Below, piece after piece: positions 1-12,680 of a stretch of DNA of 64,000 nucleotides. Position 1 is the first letter of the stretch. Each line of letters starts with the position of its first letter. The translations under genes were made by a program, and so were the position numbers. The notes beneath the pieces are model-generated. The model saw nothing but the letters and a program-made list of their open reading frames with translations. It was not told where the DNA came from and made no database searches. The stretch lies in contig NW_015168777.1 in assembly GCF_001447785.1 (NCBI RefSeq), positions 1-64,000 on the forward strand, read 5' to 3'. This DNA comes from Gekko japonicus. Taxonomy: Eukaryota.

Positions 1-769
1 ATGAATTCTATGAGCCTGTAAACAAGCTACCCCAGCTCTCTACTTGCAGCTGGTGGGAATGCTGAGAATTTTATACTGAATATGTTCAACAGTCAGATTT
101 ACCTTGTTTGACTATAGTATACATTTGACAAGGCTTTTTTTTTGGAGGGGGTGAAAAATAATCAGAGTTGTGTAAAGAAGTTGGAATTCCCTAAGAGGAA
201 GTGATAATGTGAACGAATCCTCCCTCCCATTATGTCAGCTTCATTTACAGTCCCCTTTCATACAGCAGCCGCCAATGTTAACTTAGCTCTGGAATCAAGT
301 TTGCAGAACTTGTTTGTACGTACGATTCTATACCTGACTATGAGTGGGAATATGTGTGAAATAGAACTGGTTCATGTATTCCGGACATCCAGTTTGTTTA
401 TGTTCTGGTGTGTGTGTGGGGGGGGAATTTTCAATCTAATGTGGTAGCAGAGTAGTATGAAAACATGCAACATTCACAAGAGGTTTGCCCCTGCCAAGGT
501 CACTGAGGAGTCAAAGATTTTTGATTATACAGACTTGTAGATGTGCACTGATGTTGGTTTCTTGGGAAGTTTAAAGAATTTAGGATACAGTTCATTTGGG
601 ACATCTGAATTACATGTAAACTTTGTGCCATTTTGGTGATAAGCAATACAGAAACTACTGTTTCTGTTCCCTGTAGGAATGTGAAAATATAAATTGTACA
701 TAACTTTTAATCATTTTCAATTTTTTTAGGCTAGCAGCATAATTTTTTTGGATTGCTAAAATAACAATA

Positions 770-1523
770 TCAAAGTCAAATAACTTTTATTGGCATACAA
801 TATTAGAAGCAATTCCCAATATTAATACAATCCAATAGACATTATAAAATAGATAGTCATGGTAAACCATTCCAAGGATATATCAGGCCTATAACATAAC
901 TCAAGTTGTCACAAGATAGATTTGGCCATAAAAAAATGCCTGAGTCATAAAGTAAATTTGAATTCTAAACTTTAAAATTGAGTTTTTAAATTTAAAAATT
1001 AAGACTCATTAATGTGAGTCCGTTTTATAAAACCATGAAGAAACTTAGCGGTCAGTTCAATTATCTCCGGATCTTGTGAAGCAAGGAGATAATGTACCTT
1101 GATTCTATCCGGTTGGCCTGCTACCAACCTTAAGGGGGGATTCTATAAATTCCACTCGAATGTCATTTAACAATTTACAATTTAAGAGTACATGCTCAAC
1201 AGTTTCTATTTCTCTTCTATTACATCCACAAAACCTTTCTGAATGAGGGATTTTCTTATATCTCCCCCCAAGAATAGCAGAGGGGAGAACATTAAAACGA
1301 GCCAACAAATAAGTTCTACACATTTGCTCAAGTTAAGCTCCAAACAAATGGCAGCATAAGATACGCACGAAGGCAACCCCAGAATCTTCCGCAGGAATTT
1401 GGATTGAAGTTGTTCAACTGCTTTATTAAAAGCAGTAATCCATATAGGAATACCATATAGTAGCTTCACGCTAATTTGGTGTGCAAACACTTTTATAGCT
1501 GCTGGCACATACTGATTACCCTT
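770..1523 (-). mobile_element. 5'-truncated non-LTR retrotransposon 3' end (RTE-X-like; clade uncertain), degenerate
   Basis: Broken ORFs LLYGIPIW..EQLQSKFLRKILGLP and RFNVLPSAILGGRYKKIP..RFCGC..ETVEHVLLNC (LINE ORF2 C-terminal Cys/His region); AATAAA on the minus strand near 790. Confidence 0.8.
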
Positions 1524-1524
1524 T

Positions 1525-1757
1525 GGGTGCGTTCAGACGGGGTGTTTCAGCCGGCATAAACTGTACCAGTTGGAACCGGTGCAGTTTATGCCGGCTGAAA
1601 CACGATCACACTTACCTCCTGTCTGCGGATCCCATCGCTGTATGCCCGTTCACATGCAGCGGGCATTGGTTTTTTAAAAAAAACCTCAGTTTGCACATGC
1701 GCATAGGCAGCCATCCACAGAATGGTGAGCTTCACGCATGCGCAAAACACCCCGTCT
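1525..1757. mobile_element. Harbinger-like MITE with internal hairpin and truncated right TIR
   Basis: Starts GGGTGCGTTCAGAC (similar start at 53108); AGACGGGGTGTTT at 1535-1547 is inverted at 1745-1757; hairpin with perfect 22-bp arms at 1542-1603. Confidence 0.6.
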
Positions 1758-1771
1758 TACCTTTAAAGTTT

Positions 1772-1830
1772 AAAGGTAAAGGTTCCCTTGCTTGAAAGCC
1801 AGTCGAATCCAACTCTAGGGTTGCAGTGCT
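1772..1830 (-). mobile_element. Sauria SINE 3' tail fragment
   Basis: Near-identical to the 3' 60 nt of the full-length copy at 35863-36214, ending in the ACCTTT-repeat tail. Confidence 0.85.
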
Positions 1831-1837
1831 TGCCTGG

Positions 1838-2188
1838 ATGTCTACCCCGTCTATCCCGTTGATCAAGAGGACCCTATCTCCCACATGCAGGGTGCCGTCC
1901 CAATGTGCCGCACCCCCTTCTGCGATCTGCGAAATGAAAATCCTCGAGTCCACCGGCCCGTACGGCATGGAGCCCTTACCCCCCCGCAATGCTGAAACCG
2001 AGCCCCCGTTCATTTCACATCAGGCAAGCCGAGAGACGCTCCATGGGGGCCGCTCCTTCGGGCTGCCCTGGGAAGTGCAGGGCTCCCCCTCACCACTCCC
2101 GAGGGCTGTAGTCGTCTTCGGGCCACAGGGGAGTCACCGTGATGGCATTCTCGGGCTCCACCATTCGCTCCCGCAGCACCGTCATGCT
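1838..2188 (-). pseudogene. SCRIB: Processed fragment of Scribble (PDZ1-PDZ2 linker and most of PDZ2)
   Basis: Translates as SMTVLRERMVEPENAITVTPLWPEDDYSPREW*GGAL..CLM*NERGLGFSIAGG/KGSMPY..IFISQIAEGGAAHWDGTLHVGDRVLLINGID, matching recalled vertebrate SCRIB; two TGA stops at Arg positions and a +1 frameshift. Confidence 0.88.
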
Positions 2189-3349
2189 CCTGTCCCTTTT
2201 GTTTTTGACACTGCAACTCCCATCATCATTCTGAACTTTTGGGCCTATTTTCAAACGCATAGCTTTCTTTTTGGATGAATTATGCCTTCCATGGACAACT
2301 TTTGTTTCCACAGCAATTGAGGGAGTGGGGCGTTCCATTGATAATATGGGCAATGATGCTCATTTTGGGCATTACAACTCTCACCATCATTCTGTAGCTA
2401 GAGGCCAGTTTTGAGGTTCCAATTTTTGTGCCTACCAGTGTAAATCATGTTGAGAGTTTCTGGGAACTGTATGGGCTGGGATATTCCATTTCACTTCATG
2501 TTTGGCACTGCAACTCTCATGTTCACCCTGAAGCCAGTTGCCAGGAGACTCCTACATTTTCTGATGAGTTATGCATGTTGCAGATAGATGGATCCTTTTA
2601 TTGTTATAGACTAGGGGCTCTGTCCCTGCTTATTCCACTTGCCAACAATGAACCTCCTGTGCTCACCATATACAACAGTAGTTAGAATATTGAATGAGCA
2701 ATTTTGCCTTCTGCCAATAGTTTATTGCCTCCTGAAACAATACTAGAGGAAACATCTAAAGAGTGAGCATCCCTTTTTGAACACTGCAGCCAAAGTTAGA
2801 TGTGTGTGTGTGTGTGTGTCCCCAAAGGGGAAATTGTTCTCTTCTCTATTTTATAGTCACAACAACACTGTGAAGCAGGTCTGGATGAGAGGGTGTGACC
2901 AGGGGTGTGCCAAAGAATTACAGCAGAAAGGAAATTCCTTATTCTCCCTTACTTGTTCCTTTCTACAATTGGTGCTGCTTCTCTTTTTTTCTGATTACTG
3001 TTGTTGCCCCTTTCGTTAGTAGCCTTATCCACACCTGCCATTGCCCTTCCCACTCATCAATGCCACTACTGCATCCTCCTCCTTGTCATCCTGACACAAG
3101 ATGGGCATTCCACCATGCATTGTGGTGGCTATAAGAACACAAAATGATGACTGAAATCAGAATTGGTTTAATTTTTGTCATCCATACAGTTTCAAAATAA
3201 AATTTAGATTACTAATAAGACCCTTGGGGAAACCCCAGATTTTGAAGAATCCTCATAAATAGATATGCCTGGCCCTGGTGCATGGATCTACCTATCCACA
3301 CAGGGGAGCAACATATTAGAACAAGATACAGTGACACCAAAACATCACA

Positions 3350-4370
3350 TGTATTTATTTATTTACATTTATATCCCAGAATGGGTCACAACAACAACAA
3401 AAATTACAATAATTCAAACAGTTAAAGAATATCAGAACAATAAAAACAGTTAAAACAGTTAAAAGGTAGGCATTGCAACAGGCTACAAGTTCAGTGGTCC
3501 TAATAGCTGGGAACGACTGGGCCACAGCTGAACCATAGAGATCTTGTTAATGACAGTATAACATTACAAGATAGCAGCAGGGAGGCCAACTGGTGGATGC
3601 CTACCTCAACCGAAGGTCTGATGGAACAGCTCAATTGTGCAGGCCTCATCTCAATCGGGATCAAGTTCCACCAGGCCAGGGCCAGGGCGGAAAAAGCCCT
3701 GGCCCTGTTTGAGGCTAAGCAAATGTCCTTTGGGCCAGGGACAACCAGCAACTGATGGTCTGTGGAGTGCAAAGCTCTCTGGGGCACATATGGGGAGAGA
3801 CGATCCCTTAGATATGTTGGTCCAGGCTGCATAGGGCTTTGAAGGTCAACACCAGCACCTTGAAATGGATCTGGTACCCAATTGGTGTCAGTGCAATTGG
3901 TGAAGCACCAGCAGAATGCACGCCCACACAGACATCACAGTCAGCAAGCATGGCAATGCTCCCTCTATGCTGTGGGGTTTTGTGAGCAAAAAATCTACTT
4001 TGTAAACTACTGGCATTCAAGTTGTGAGCAAGCGATTTGGCTGTTGCATAGATTAGTTTGCTCTGGGGCCATCCTTCCTGAACTAAGACAAAAATGTATG
4101 AGCTGGAGGCTAAAAAACTGTGAGCTAGATCACACTTAGCTTAGAGGGAACACTGGTATCACCATATTTTGCACCAGCTGGAGTTTCCAGATCAGCCTCA
4201 AGGGTAAGCTGTAAAGTTACAGTAATCAAGCCTGGAAGTGACCATTGCATGGGAGAACCAGCTGCCTGATCTGCTGGAGATTATAAAAGGCAGACTTGGC
4301 AACTGCGGCAACCTGGGCCTCTGTAGACAGTGAAATATCCAAAGTCACTCCTAGGCTGACATTTTCCCGA
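3350..4370 (-). mobile_element. L2 LINE 3' fragment, interrupted by a hAT MITE
   Basis: PIGYQIHFKVLVLTFKAL..GPTYLRDRLSPYVPQRALHS..RAFSALA..WN is typical L2 ORF2 C-terminus. Confidence 0.8.
3954..4155. mobile_element. hAT-type MITE (same family as 39351-39555, opposite orientation)
   Basis: TIRs CAATGCTCCCTCTA / TAGAGGGAACACTG; internal similarity to the 39.4 kb copy. Confidence 0.7.
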
Positions 4371-4582
4371 ATCATAGTAAATGCATGTATTATACACACA
4401 TATTAGACACACATTTCCAAGAATTCATGTTTGAGAAGGGAGAAATATCCCTGGCAGTAAGCTTTCAGCATGCTATATGCACATAACAAGACAGCCGAAA
4501 CGGCAATCATTATACCTGGGCTTACTGAGCAGGAATATTACTGCATGTTATTATTCCCATGTGTTCTGTGTTCATTCGTTTC

Positions 4583-5512
4583 TCATGGGTGAAGAATGAG
4601 AAAAACTTTACCAAGTGCCTCTTTCACCTCCTTGTTCCTTAGACTGTAAATAAGAGGATTTATAAATGGTGGCAGGACGGTATAGAAGAGTGATAGGAAT
4701 TTGTCCGTATCCAGAGAATGACTTGACTTTGGTTTCAGATACACTGTCATTCCAGAGCCATAGAAAACCACCACAACCATCAGATGTGAGGAGCATGTTG
4801 AAAAGGCCTTGCACCTCCCCTCTACAGATGGTATCTTCAGAATAGTGGAAGCAATGCATACATATGACATGAGGACCAAAGCAAAAGGGATTACTGCAAG
4901 TAATACAACCTCCACTCGGGCTACGAGCTCATTTATAGAGACGTCTCCACATATAAGGTTGACCACTGCAGGGATATCACAGAAAAAGTGGTTTATTTCA
5001 TTGGAGTCACAAAAATAAGAGGTGAAAACCAAGGAAGTCTGGGCAAGTTGCACTGGAACACCAGCCAACCAGGAGGCTGCAACCAGCTCATAGCATACTC
5101 TACTACTCATAATAAGAGTGTAATGCAAGGGTTGACAAATAGCCACATAGCGGTCATATGCCATGGCAGCCAAAATGTAACACTCAGCTGCCCCTATGAT
5201 GAGGAAGATGCTCATTTGAAAAGCACAGCCAAGGAATGAAATGGTTTTGTCCTCTGATAGGAGATTTCCAAGCATTTTGGGAACAGTAATTGAGGTGTAA
5301 CATATCTCCAGAAAGCTGAGATTCCTAAGAAAGAAATACATAGGATTGTGGAGTGTCTGATCGGTCAATGTGACAATGATTATTAGGCTGTTCCCAGTCA
5401 GAGTCAACAGATAGATGGTGAGGAATACAGTAAAGAACAAGCCTTCTAGGTCCAGCAGGTTAGAGAATCCCAACAACAGGAAGTTATTCACCATGCTCTG
5501 ATTTCTTCTCAT
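4583..5512 (-). CDS. Olfactory receptor, family 10 (OR10A/10AG-like), 309 aa, intact
   Basis: [58 protein letters not shown]-terminal NQS sequon; acceptor CTAACAG just upstream of the ATG. Confidence 0.95.
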   Translation of the reverse strand: MRRNQSMVNNFLLLGFSNLLDLEGLFFTVFLTIYLLTLTGNSLIIIVTLTDQTLHNPMYFFLRNLSFLEICYTSITVPKMLGNLLSEDKTISFLGCAFQMSIFLIIGAAECYILAAMAYDRYVAICQPLHYTLIMSSRVCYELVAASWLAGVPVQLAQTSLVFTSYFCDSNEINHFFCDIPAVVNLICGDVSINELVARVEVVLLAVIPFALVLMSYVCIASTILKIPSVEGRCKAFSTCSSHLMVVVVFYGSGMTVYLKPKSSHSLDTDKFLSLFYTVLPPFINPLIYSLRNKEVKEALGKVFLILHP

Positions 5513-8500
5513 GGCTTAATCTGTTAGGACGGAAAGATGGAAAAGAGGCAACAGCCCTTTGTGCCAGCTCAAAATGAGAGATCCTGGAAATTCTAATAGG
5601 ACAGCTACTAAGCAGAATTATTGCAGAAATTGGGACACACCTGTTCTTTGAATTTCCATTGAAATTCATGTATTGTGTTCTCCATTGTGTTCTCCATATA
5701 TAGACCTTTCCATTTGGGATGACGACAACAGATATTTGCTGTTGGTCTCACAGAACTTGGTGAGATTTTGATCAAAACAGAATTGATTTAAAACAGACTT
5801 CATATCAGAATCTTAGCCTATAGACTCATATTGAAGCTATGCACTTGAAGCAGCTATAGGATATGGGAAATGAGCCCTTCAGGAGTACCATGGTGAAAAC
5901 ATTTGTGTTCCTAAAACTTCATACATTTTTTCCCCTGTCCAGAAAGCTGTCACAAATGGTGACACTTGAGGAAAGACTGAAATCTTACCTGTTGATTTGA
6001 CTAGTATCCACTGAGTCTTGCAGTGTTCTTAAATCTCTTTGGGCCCTTTTTTTCCTGTTGTCCCCTTTCTTTTTTCTGTTTCTCCCTGTTTTTGAAAAAC
6101 ACACATAATGGCCAAGTTCAGACTGACAGTTTGCCCCAATATAGGCACAAGCCAGAAATGTTTCACAAACGGATTAAAGAGGCCGTTCACACAGGCACAT
6201 CTGTCAGGCATTCCCCAGCCGTACTCAACCCATCTTATAACACTTTCCTCCAGAGTTTAAAAGATACCAGGTGAAAGTGGTATCAAACCCTGGAAAACAC
6301 GATTATCCTGTGTCCATCCCGCTTCCCGGAAGTGTGAACGCGAAAATCTGCAATCCAGTAGGGAGCACATAATTGCACATAACTGGATTATCAGAAAAAG
6401 CCACTTACAGCTGTGCCTCTGGGCCAACAGTGTGAATGCTCCCTTGCGCCTCCTCCCCGGTATGCTCCCGCATCAGTTGGTGCAGTGTGACCGGGAAAAC
6501 CCAGAACAGTCCCAGTCGGGCTTAAAGCTCTCTGGGTCAGTCATACTCAGCCTAACCTACTTCACAGGGTTTATGTGATGACCTATGTGTATATGTGTGG
6601 AGGGAGGAGTCAGTTATGCAGCCATGAGCTCCTGGTAGAAATGGTAAGTTAACATATATAGAGACAGATACATGAAGAGGTTCTTTCCGCCCTCAGAGGT
6701 ATGAAGTATATTGAATTTTGGTGTTCTGTAGCATGAGGAGGGGTGCGTCGGTGCTTACTTTTATGAAGTTACTCATAGCTAATGCATTTTACAGATGCTT
6801 TCAGATTAGTGGGGTGGAGATGGGGATACACTGTACAGGCAACTGAACTGGAGTGTTTTCCCCCCTCATCATTGTCTAAGAAAATCTTGGGGGTTATATA
6901 ATACAATAGTCTCACTACCACAGTGATTTCTCCAGTCAGAATGCCTGACCCATCATTCCACAGATCCCCAATGCAAGTAAGGAAGTGTGAAGGAAATATC
7001 TGCGTTGATTTCAGTCCACATTGCTCTAATCAAGGAAGATGTTTGATGGACTGAAAGAGAACTTGCAGTAAGCAGATGTGCTGTGTGGATGTTAGAGTTC
7101 CTATGGCCCAAAGAGACACTGGTATAAGACTTTCATGTTCACACAGTGTTGCTGGAGTGACAGAATTGTTCATGTCTGACCTTGCACAATGGTGACCCCT
7201 TCATAATCCTGCGGAGATATTTCTTCAAATTCAGTGCCCCCAAACAGATTCTATCAAAATTGTAGGGGTCTTGTAACATTATTCTTAAAAACTGGAGCCC
7301 CAGTAACCACAACGTGTGCAAAGCACTTTATACCATTAATTCTATGTAATCCAATTATTTTAGAACCTAAGATAATAAGTGAGAAACTGAAAAGAAACTA
7401 AGCAGTGTACTCTAATACAGATGTATCCCAAATGGACCCTAGAAAATGAATCCACTTACCAACTTTCCCTTTCTTGATTTGCTTGTGAAGCTCCAGTGTT
7501 CTCTTCATCCAGTTTAACTCCAGTAAGTTTCATCTCACAATTAGAATTTCAGCTGAACTGGCAAAACCACTGTAGTGTGCTCTTCATTTGTACCATCCAA
7601 ATAATAATTCAAATGCTTTTGCATGCTTATTTGAAAGCTGACTTCGGATTTGGAGAATGATATTCCTTAAGGATATGCCATGTTCCCGAAACAACAATCT
7701 AACAAGATTTGCCCACTGGAAGTATGAAACCATTTCCACTTCAGTCTCTAGTGATTTATCTGTTGTTTCTTTCATAAAAAATAACAGGCCCTTACCTGTC
7801 CAGGTTCATCAGAATAGGTACATTAGCTCTGTATGACTGATTTGGCATACTTAAACAAATTCCTTGGAGAAAGTGGGGGATGAAAAATTAATAATAGCTA
7901 TATTCAGATGTTGGCAAGATGGCTGTATCTCTGCCTTGCATCAGGACCAGCAGAAGGAGAGCGTCCTCACCTAATGCAGGGAACTATTTGTGTACCATGC
8001 AATTTTTAAATAAGACGTTATGAAATGTGTGACAGCCTGGGGAAGTAGCCCTTCCCTGAGGGTGAAGGGTACAAGAGATTGGAGGGGGCCCCCCCAAATA
8101 AAGAAAACAATAAAAGCCATGGTCTAATAGCTGCCATGAGGTCCTGGAAAATTAATTGAACTGGGAGACTATATAACTGCCTTCTGTCAGAAAACTGCTC
8201 CAATTCCAGAATCAAACTTTTTGACAGGATGGATTAAACTTTTATAATGCCATTCTGAGCAGTTTGGCCAAGAGGTTTGCAGTATACGTGTCTGAGAGGA
8301 AAATGTAGCACACTTGTTCTAAATATTATCATATAAAATGCTAATTTAGGTATAAGAGAATAGGATGGCATTTGGAATAAGTACAGATGTAACTATGAGC
8401 AGTGGTGTGCATTAGTTTCTTTTACTATGAGTATATAGAAGCTAACAAAATGCTATTCCTGATTTTTTTGGGGGGTGGGAATCCTAGTACTGGTATGGTA

Positions 8501-8884
8501 TTCTGATCTAGGTTTTATTTTGGAATCCAGTATTATTCATCTCCATTATAACTTTATGAAGAATGTGTTGTGTTTATGCCAGAAGCATCCCAGTTGCTCC
8601 TCAGCTGCTTGTGCCTGTCCACAGAAGAACCTCCAAGTTTGAAGATTGGGCCAGGGGTCCAATTCTATGGGCCCCCAAAGAAGATACTCCATCTATCTTC
8701 CATTGTTTCCAATGGGAGGGAGTCTTTTTTCCCTCCAGAACAAAAACAAACAGGCATGCTTGCAGCAACCACTGGTCAATGCCTCCTGTGTCAAGAGCCA
8801 ACAACAAGCCCAACAGAACCGATACAGAACTCAAGAATCCCAGCACAACCACAAGCCAATGTGTCAAACCCCACAGAACTAATG

Positions 8885-11800
8885 TCAAAACTCTGGAGCC
8901 AGCTGACAGAATCTCTCCATCTGTTTCTGAGAGAGAGCGTCAGCGACCCTGTTATTAACTCCCAGCACATGCCTAGCCTTGAACATTATATTATTATGCA
9001 AACACTGTAGAGTGAAGTCTCTGACCAGAGCCATGACCCTGGGGGACTTAGACGTCAAAGAGTTGATCACGTGTACTGTGGACATGTTGTCAAACCAGAA
9101 GTGGATGGTGTGGTTGGTAAAGTCCCATTACCAAATCCATACTGCTGCGACAGTTGAAAAAAATTCCAGAAAGGTGAGGTCTTTGACCCACCCTGCCTGA
9201 AACCATTCCACAGGCCAGTCCCCAGCACACCAGTGCCCTCAGAAGTATACTCCAAAGCCGGAGGAACCTGCAATGTCAGATGCCACCTGCAGCTCCGCTT
9301 CGGCCAGGAGGTCCTCACGCCAAATAGAAACCCCATTGTATGAATCCAAAAATTGCTTCCATACAAGGAGGTCATTCCCTTTCCCCTTGGTGATCCTAGT
9401 TCTATAATGGGAGAGGCGGAGACCCTTCGTAGACTCACACAGTCTCCTAACAAAGGCCCTACCAGGTTCTACAACTTTGCATGCAAAGTTGAGGTAGCAG
9501 ACCAACTGGTGTAGCTCGAGCAAGGTTATCTTATTCTTTACCCTAGCTGTGTCTATTAATGCCTGCAGCGCAGTTAATTTATCCAAGGGCAATCTGCAGA
9601 ACTGCCCCACCGTGTCAATTTCTATTCCCCAAAAAGTCAAAATGGGGGTAGGGCCTTCACTTTTTTTTTTCCTGTGCAAGAGGCACTCCTAGCTCCCTTG
9701 CAAGACTGATGTAGCTGGACAGCAAAAAGGCACATTGACCTGTACACTTCCTTCCTGCCAATAAAAAATTATCAAGGTAATGAGCAGTACTGCTGAGACC
9801 CATCCTGTACCTCAAGGCCTACTCCAGAAAGGAACTGAACCTCTCAAAAGCAGCACAGGACACCGAGCACCCCATCGGAAGGGCCCTATCCATGTAGAAT
9901 TTGCCCTCAGAAGCAAATCCGAGGAGCTCGAAGTCAGCTGGGTGGACAGGAAGAAGGCGGAAAGCTCGCTTAATGTCACATTTTGCCAATTCCGCTTCTT
10001 GTCCACAGCTGTGCAACACCCGCAGGGCCTAATCAAAGGAAGTGTACCTAACAGTACACAATTCCTCAGGTATTGCGTCATTCACCGACTCCCCACGTGG
10101 GTAAGACAAGTGGTGAATGAGGCGATATTCTCCAGGTGCCTTCTTTGGCACAACTCCCAACGGGGAAACCCTCAAATTGCCAACTGGGGGGGAAGGGAAA
10201 GGACCAAGGACTCTACCTTCCATACACTCCTTGGCGATTTGTTCCCTAACTATTTGCTCCATACCTTGCACTGATTTCAAATTAGGAGCCATGTACGGAG
10301 TTCTACATTTTTGGAAAGGTATCCTAAACCCCAACATGAAACCTTCCAGGAGGTAAACCCGATCTTGGTTCGGATAACCCCGCAACCAATGCTCCAAAAC
10401 TTTTATCCTAATCAAGCTAGGTCCCTTTGTAGCCCCCACCTCCTCCGGGACACTTCCCTCCTCTACCACCATCCCCGACCTTTCGGTTTAGGGCAGTTAG
10501 AGAATGCATGGGGCCCTGTGCATAATGGGCACTAATGCCAGAAGGAACTCCCAACAAAGTGGGCATCACTGAACCACCTGCCCCACCTGGGTGTGGGTAG
10601 CCGACTGACTCTGAGGCCTATGAACAGAATGCCTGCTATGCAACCTCTCAACCCCAGATGCCTTAGTCGTGGACATAATCTGAAGCCATAAATCTGGGTG
10701 TATCCGATCCCACCTCATGGCCAGATTCATGGCCGCAAGCATATGAAACTTTTTGTCGTACTGCGACCAAACCGGGCTGGGGAAATCAGTGACTGCCTTG
10801 TAAATAATATCCATGTACTGAAGCAGCGCAACTGCTCTCCATGGATGGAGCCTGACAATCACTGTGGCATAAATTAAAAACACCATGTACCAGTTCACCC
10901 AAGTTCTATCCACCACCTTCCTCTTCAAGCGTCCTTCTCATGCTCGTCAAGGTCTTTCTTGTCCTTTTTCTCAAATTCCCGATATAACAAGGAAAATATA
11001 TCAATATACTCGCCCTTAAGGATCTTTTCCTTCATGGCGATAGAAAGGTGATCACCTAAGGGCAGGGTAGAATCGCCAGATAGTATGGTCCCTGCAGACA
11101 CTGTGTCATACGACACAGCCCCTAGGTTTGTGAACCCCGAACTTGGATGTGTATAGCCCCATCCTGGCCAAACCCCAGGGGGCAGTGGTGGAACACCACT
11201 CCCCCAACCTGCTTGGTGTGGACAACAGGCAGGTGGTGAGTGCGTGGCTGCCACAGGAGTGCCCTGCGGGCAGGGGCCCCATGGTCAATATGAAGCAACC
11301 TTAGCAGTGGGTTACTCCTTATCATCCTTCTTAGGAGGGCCCTTAAACACCTCCACTTGGCGTTCCTCCGTGCCCTGCCCTTGCTGCCCAGATGATAACG
11401 CCATCACCTCCAAAAAGGCCAAACGGGCTAGAACATGCACCTGAAATGAAATGGTGGAAGCATTAGAGTCCCCCTTTGCTTTTTTAGCTCCCTCCCCTGT
11501 TGGAAGAGTGCCCCTCTGCCACTCCAGCACCTCAAGCCTTTGAAGGATCACAGCATTAACTGGGTCCTCGTCCTCTTCATCAGATGGGACCACCAGCACA
11601 GGCTGCACAGGAGACCATTTAGGAGCTGGCTGTTTCCCCTTGACCTTCCCCTGGTCCTTTCTAGCAGCCATCCCAATTATTAACCTTGTAAGCTGCTATC
11701 ACGCTATGACATGCTATGGCTCTGGTACCAAGCCCTGCAGTCTCTACCCAAAGTGTCACTTAGCCATGTGTGCTTATGCTAGACAAGCCCTTTTTCCTCC

Positions 11801-12680
11801 TCCAGAATAGCTGCCCAATAATGTACACTAAAATACTGAGCTTTAAAATAGCTGCCAGACAATCCCTCCTCAACATGGCCACCAGGCCAAGGGACCTTCC
11901 CAAAATGACCACCGCAGGCCGACAAGAAGAACACTCAAAATTGCCGCCTCTCTACTAAATCCAGTGCAGCCTAAAATGGCCCCTGTAATCCCCTGTAGCC
12001 AAACAGCCACCCTATTAATCCACCACTCGCTGAAGGGTATGAGGGGAAGGACTAACCATGTCTTACAGGTGCAATAGACGCAAAAAACTGGGGCTCTAGC
12101 AGCCTCACCCACTGCCATCTAACGGAAATCCTGTGTGTGGGGGTTATATATATGGAGAGGCCCCGCGGCAAGCGGTCAATCCTCCATGAGCCTCCTGATG
12201 TTGCCACCGGTCTGCTGACGCTGCCCAGCAGAACAGACTGTTGATACGACCTACTGTTTCCGCCTCTGGCATGGCCGCACCGCTCCAGAAGCGAAACAGA
12301 CCGCCGCCACCTTGAAACAGCCACCACAACCAGCAGCCCTGACCTGACGCTCCACGCCGACTAGATGTCCATTGCTCAATGCCACCACCAGAAGCCTCAT
12401 TGTAAGGAACCACTGGGCTCCTCAGCACCTCGTTGGCCGATTATTCGCTCCTCTGCATGCTCGCATCCAGGCAAACTGAGCATGTGGAACAACTGCTAGG
12501 TGGGAGCAGAGGCCAGTCTTCTTTAAAACTAGCCAGCTCTGCCCCCCTCCACATCAGGACGCAGGCGTCCTGCAGCCATTGCCATCCCCATTCTTCAGGG
12601 TGGCAAAATAGTCCCCGCCCACCATTGGCATTGCTGGGCAGGTGGGAGCTCCGTATTCTTGCTAATTTGATTAGCATCTG
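8885..12680 (-). mobile_element. Degenerate Ngaro-group (DIRS order) retrotransposon: gag-like ORF1, RT, RNase H; no tyrosine recombinase seen
   Basis: ORF1 LPLGDHLS..KEKILKGEYIDIFSLL, YDKKF..RWD, CPLCTGPHAFSNC knuckle; RT SPLGVVPKK..YRLIHHLSYPRGESVND, DIKRAFRLLPV, LPMG, HYLDN; RNase H DNMSTVHVIN..ARHVLGVNNRVADALS; many stops and frameshifts. Upstream boundary approximate. Confidence 0.88.

Noticed and set aside
1732-2353. Functional PDZ gene or the true SCRIB locus
   Set aside because: Two stops, a frameshift, no other SCRIB exons, fused to a SINE tail.
9239-11671. Domesticated gag or RT gene
   Set aside because: Multiple stops and frameshifts, and the catalytic YLDD reads YLDN.
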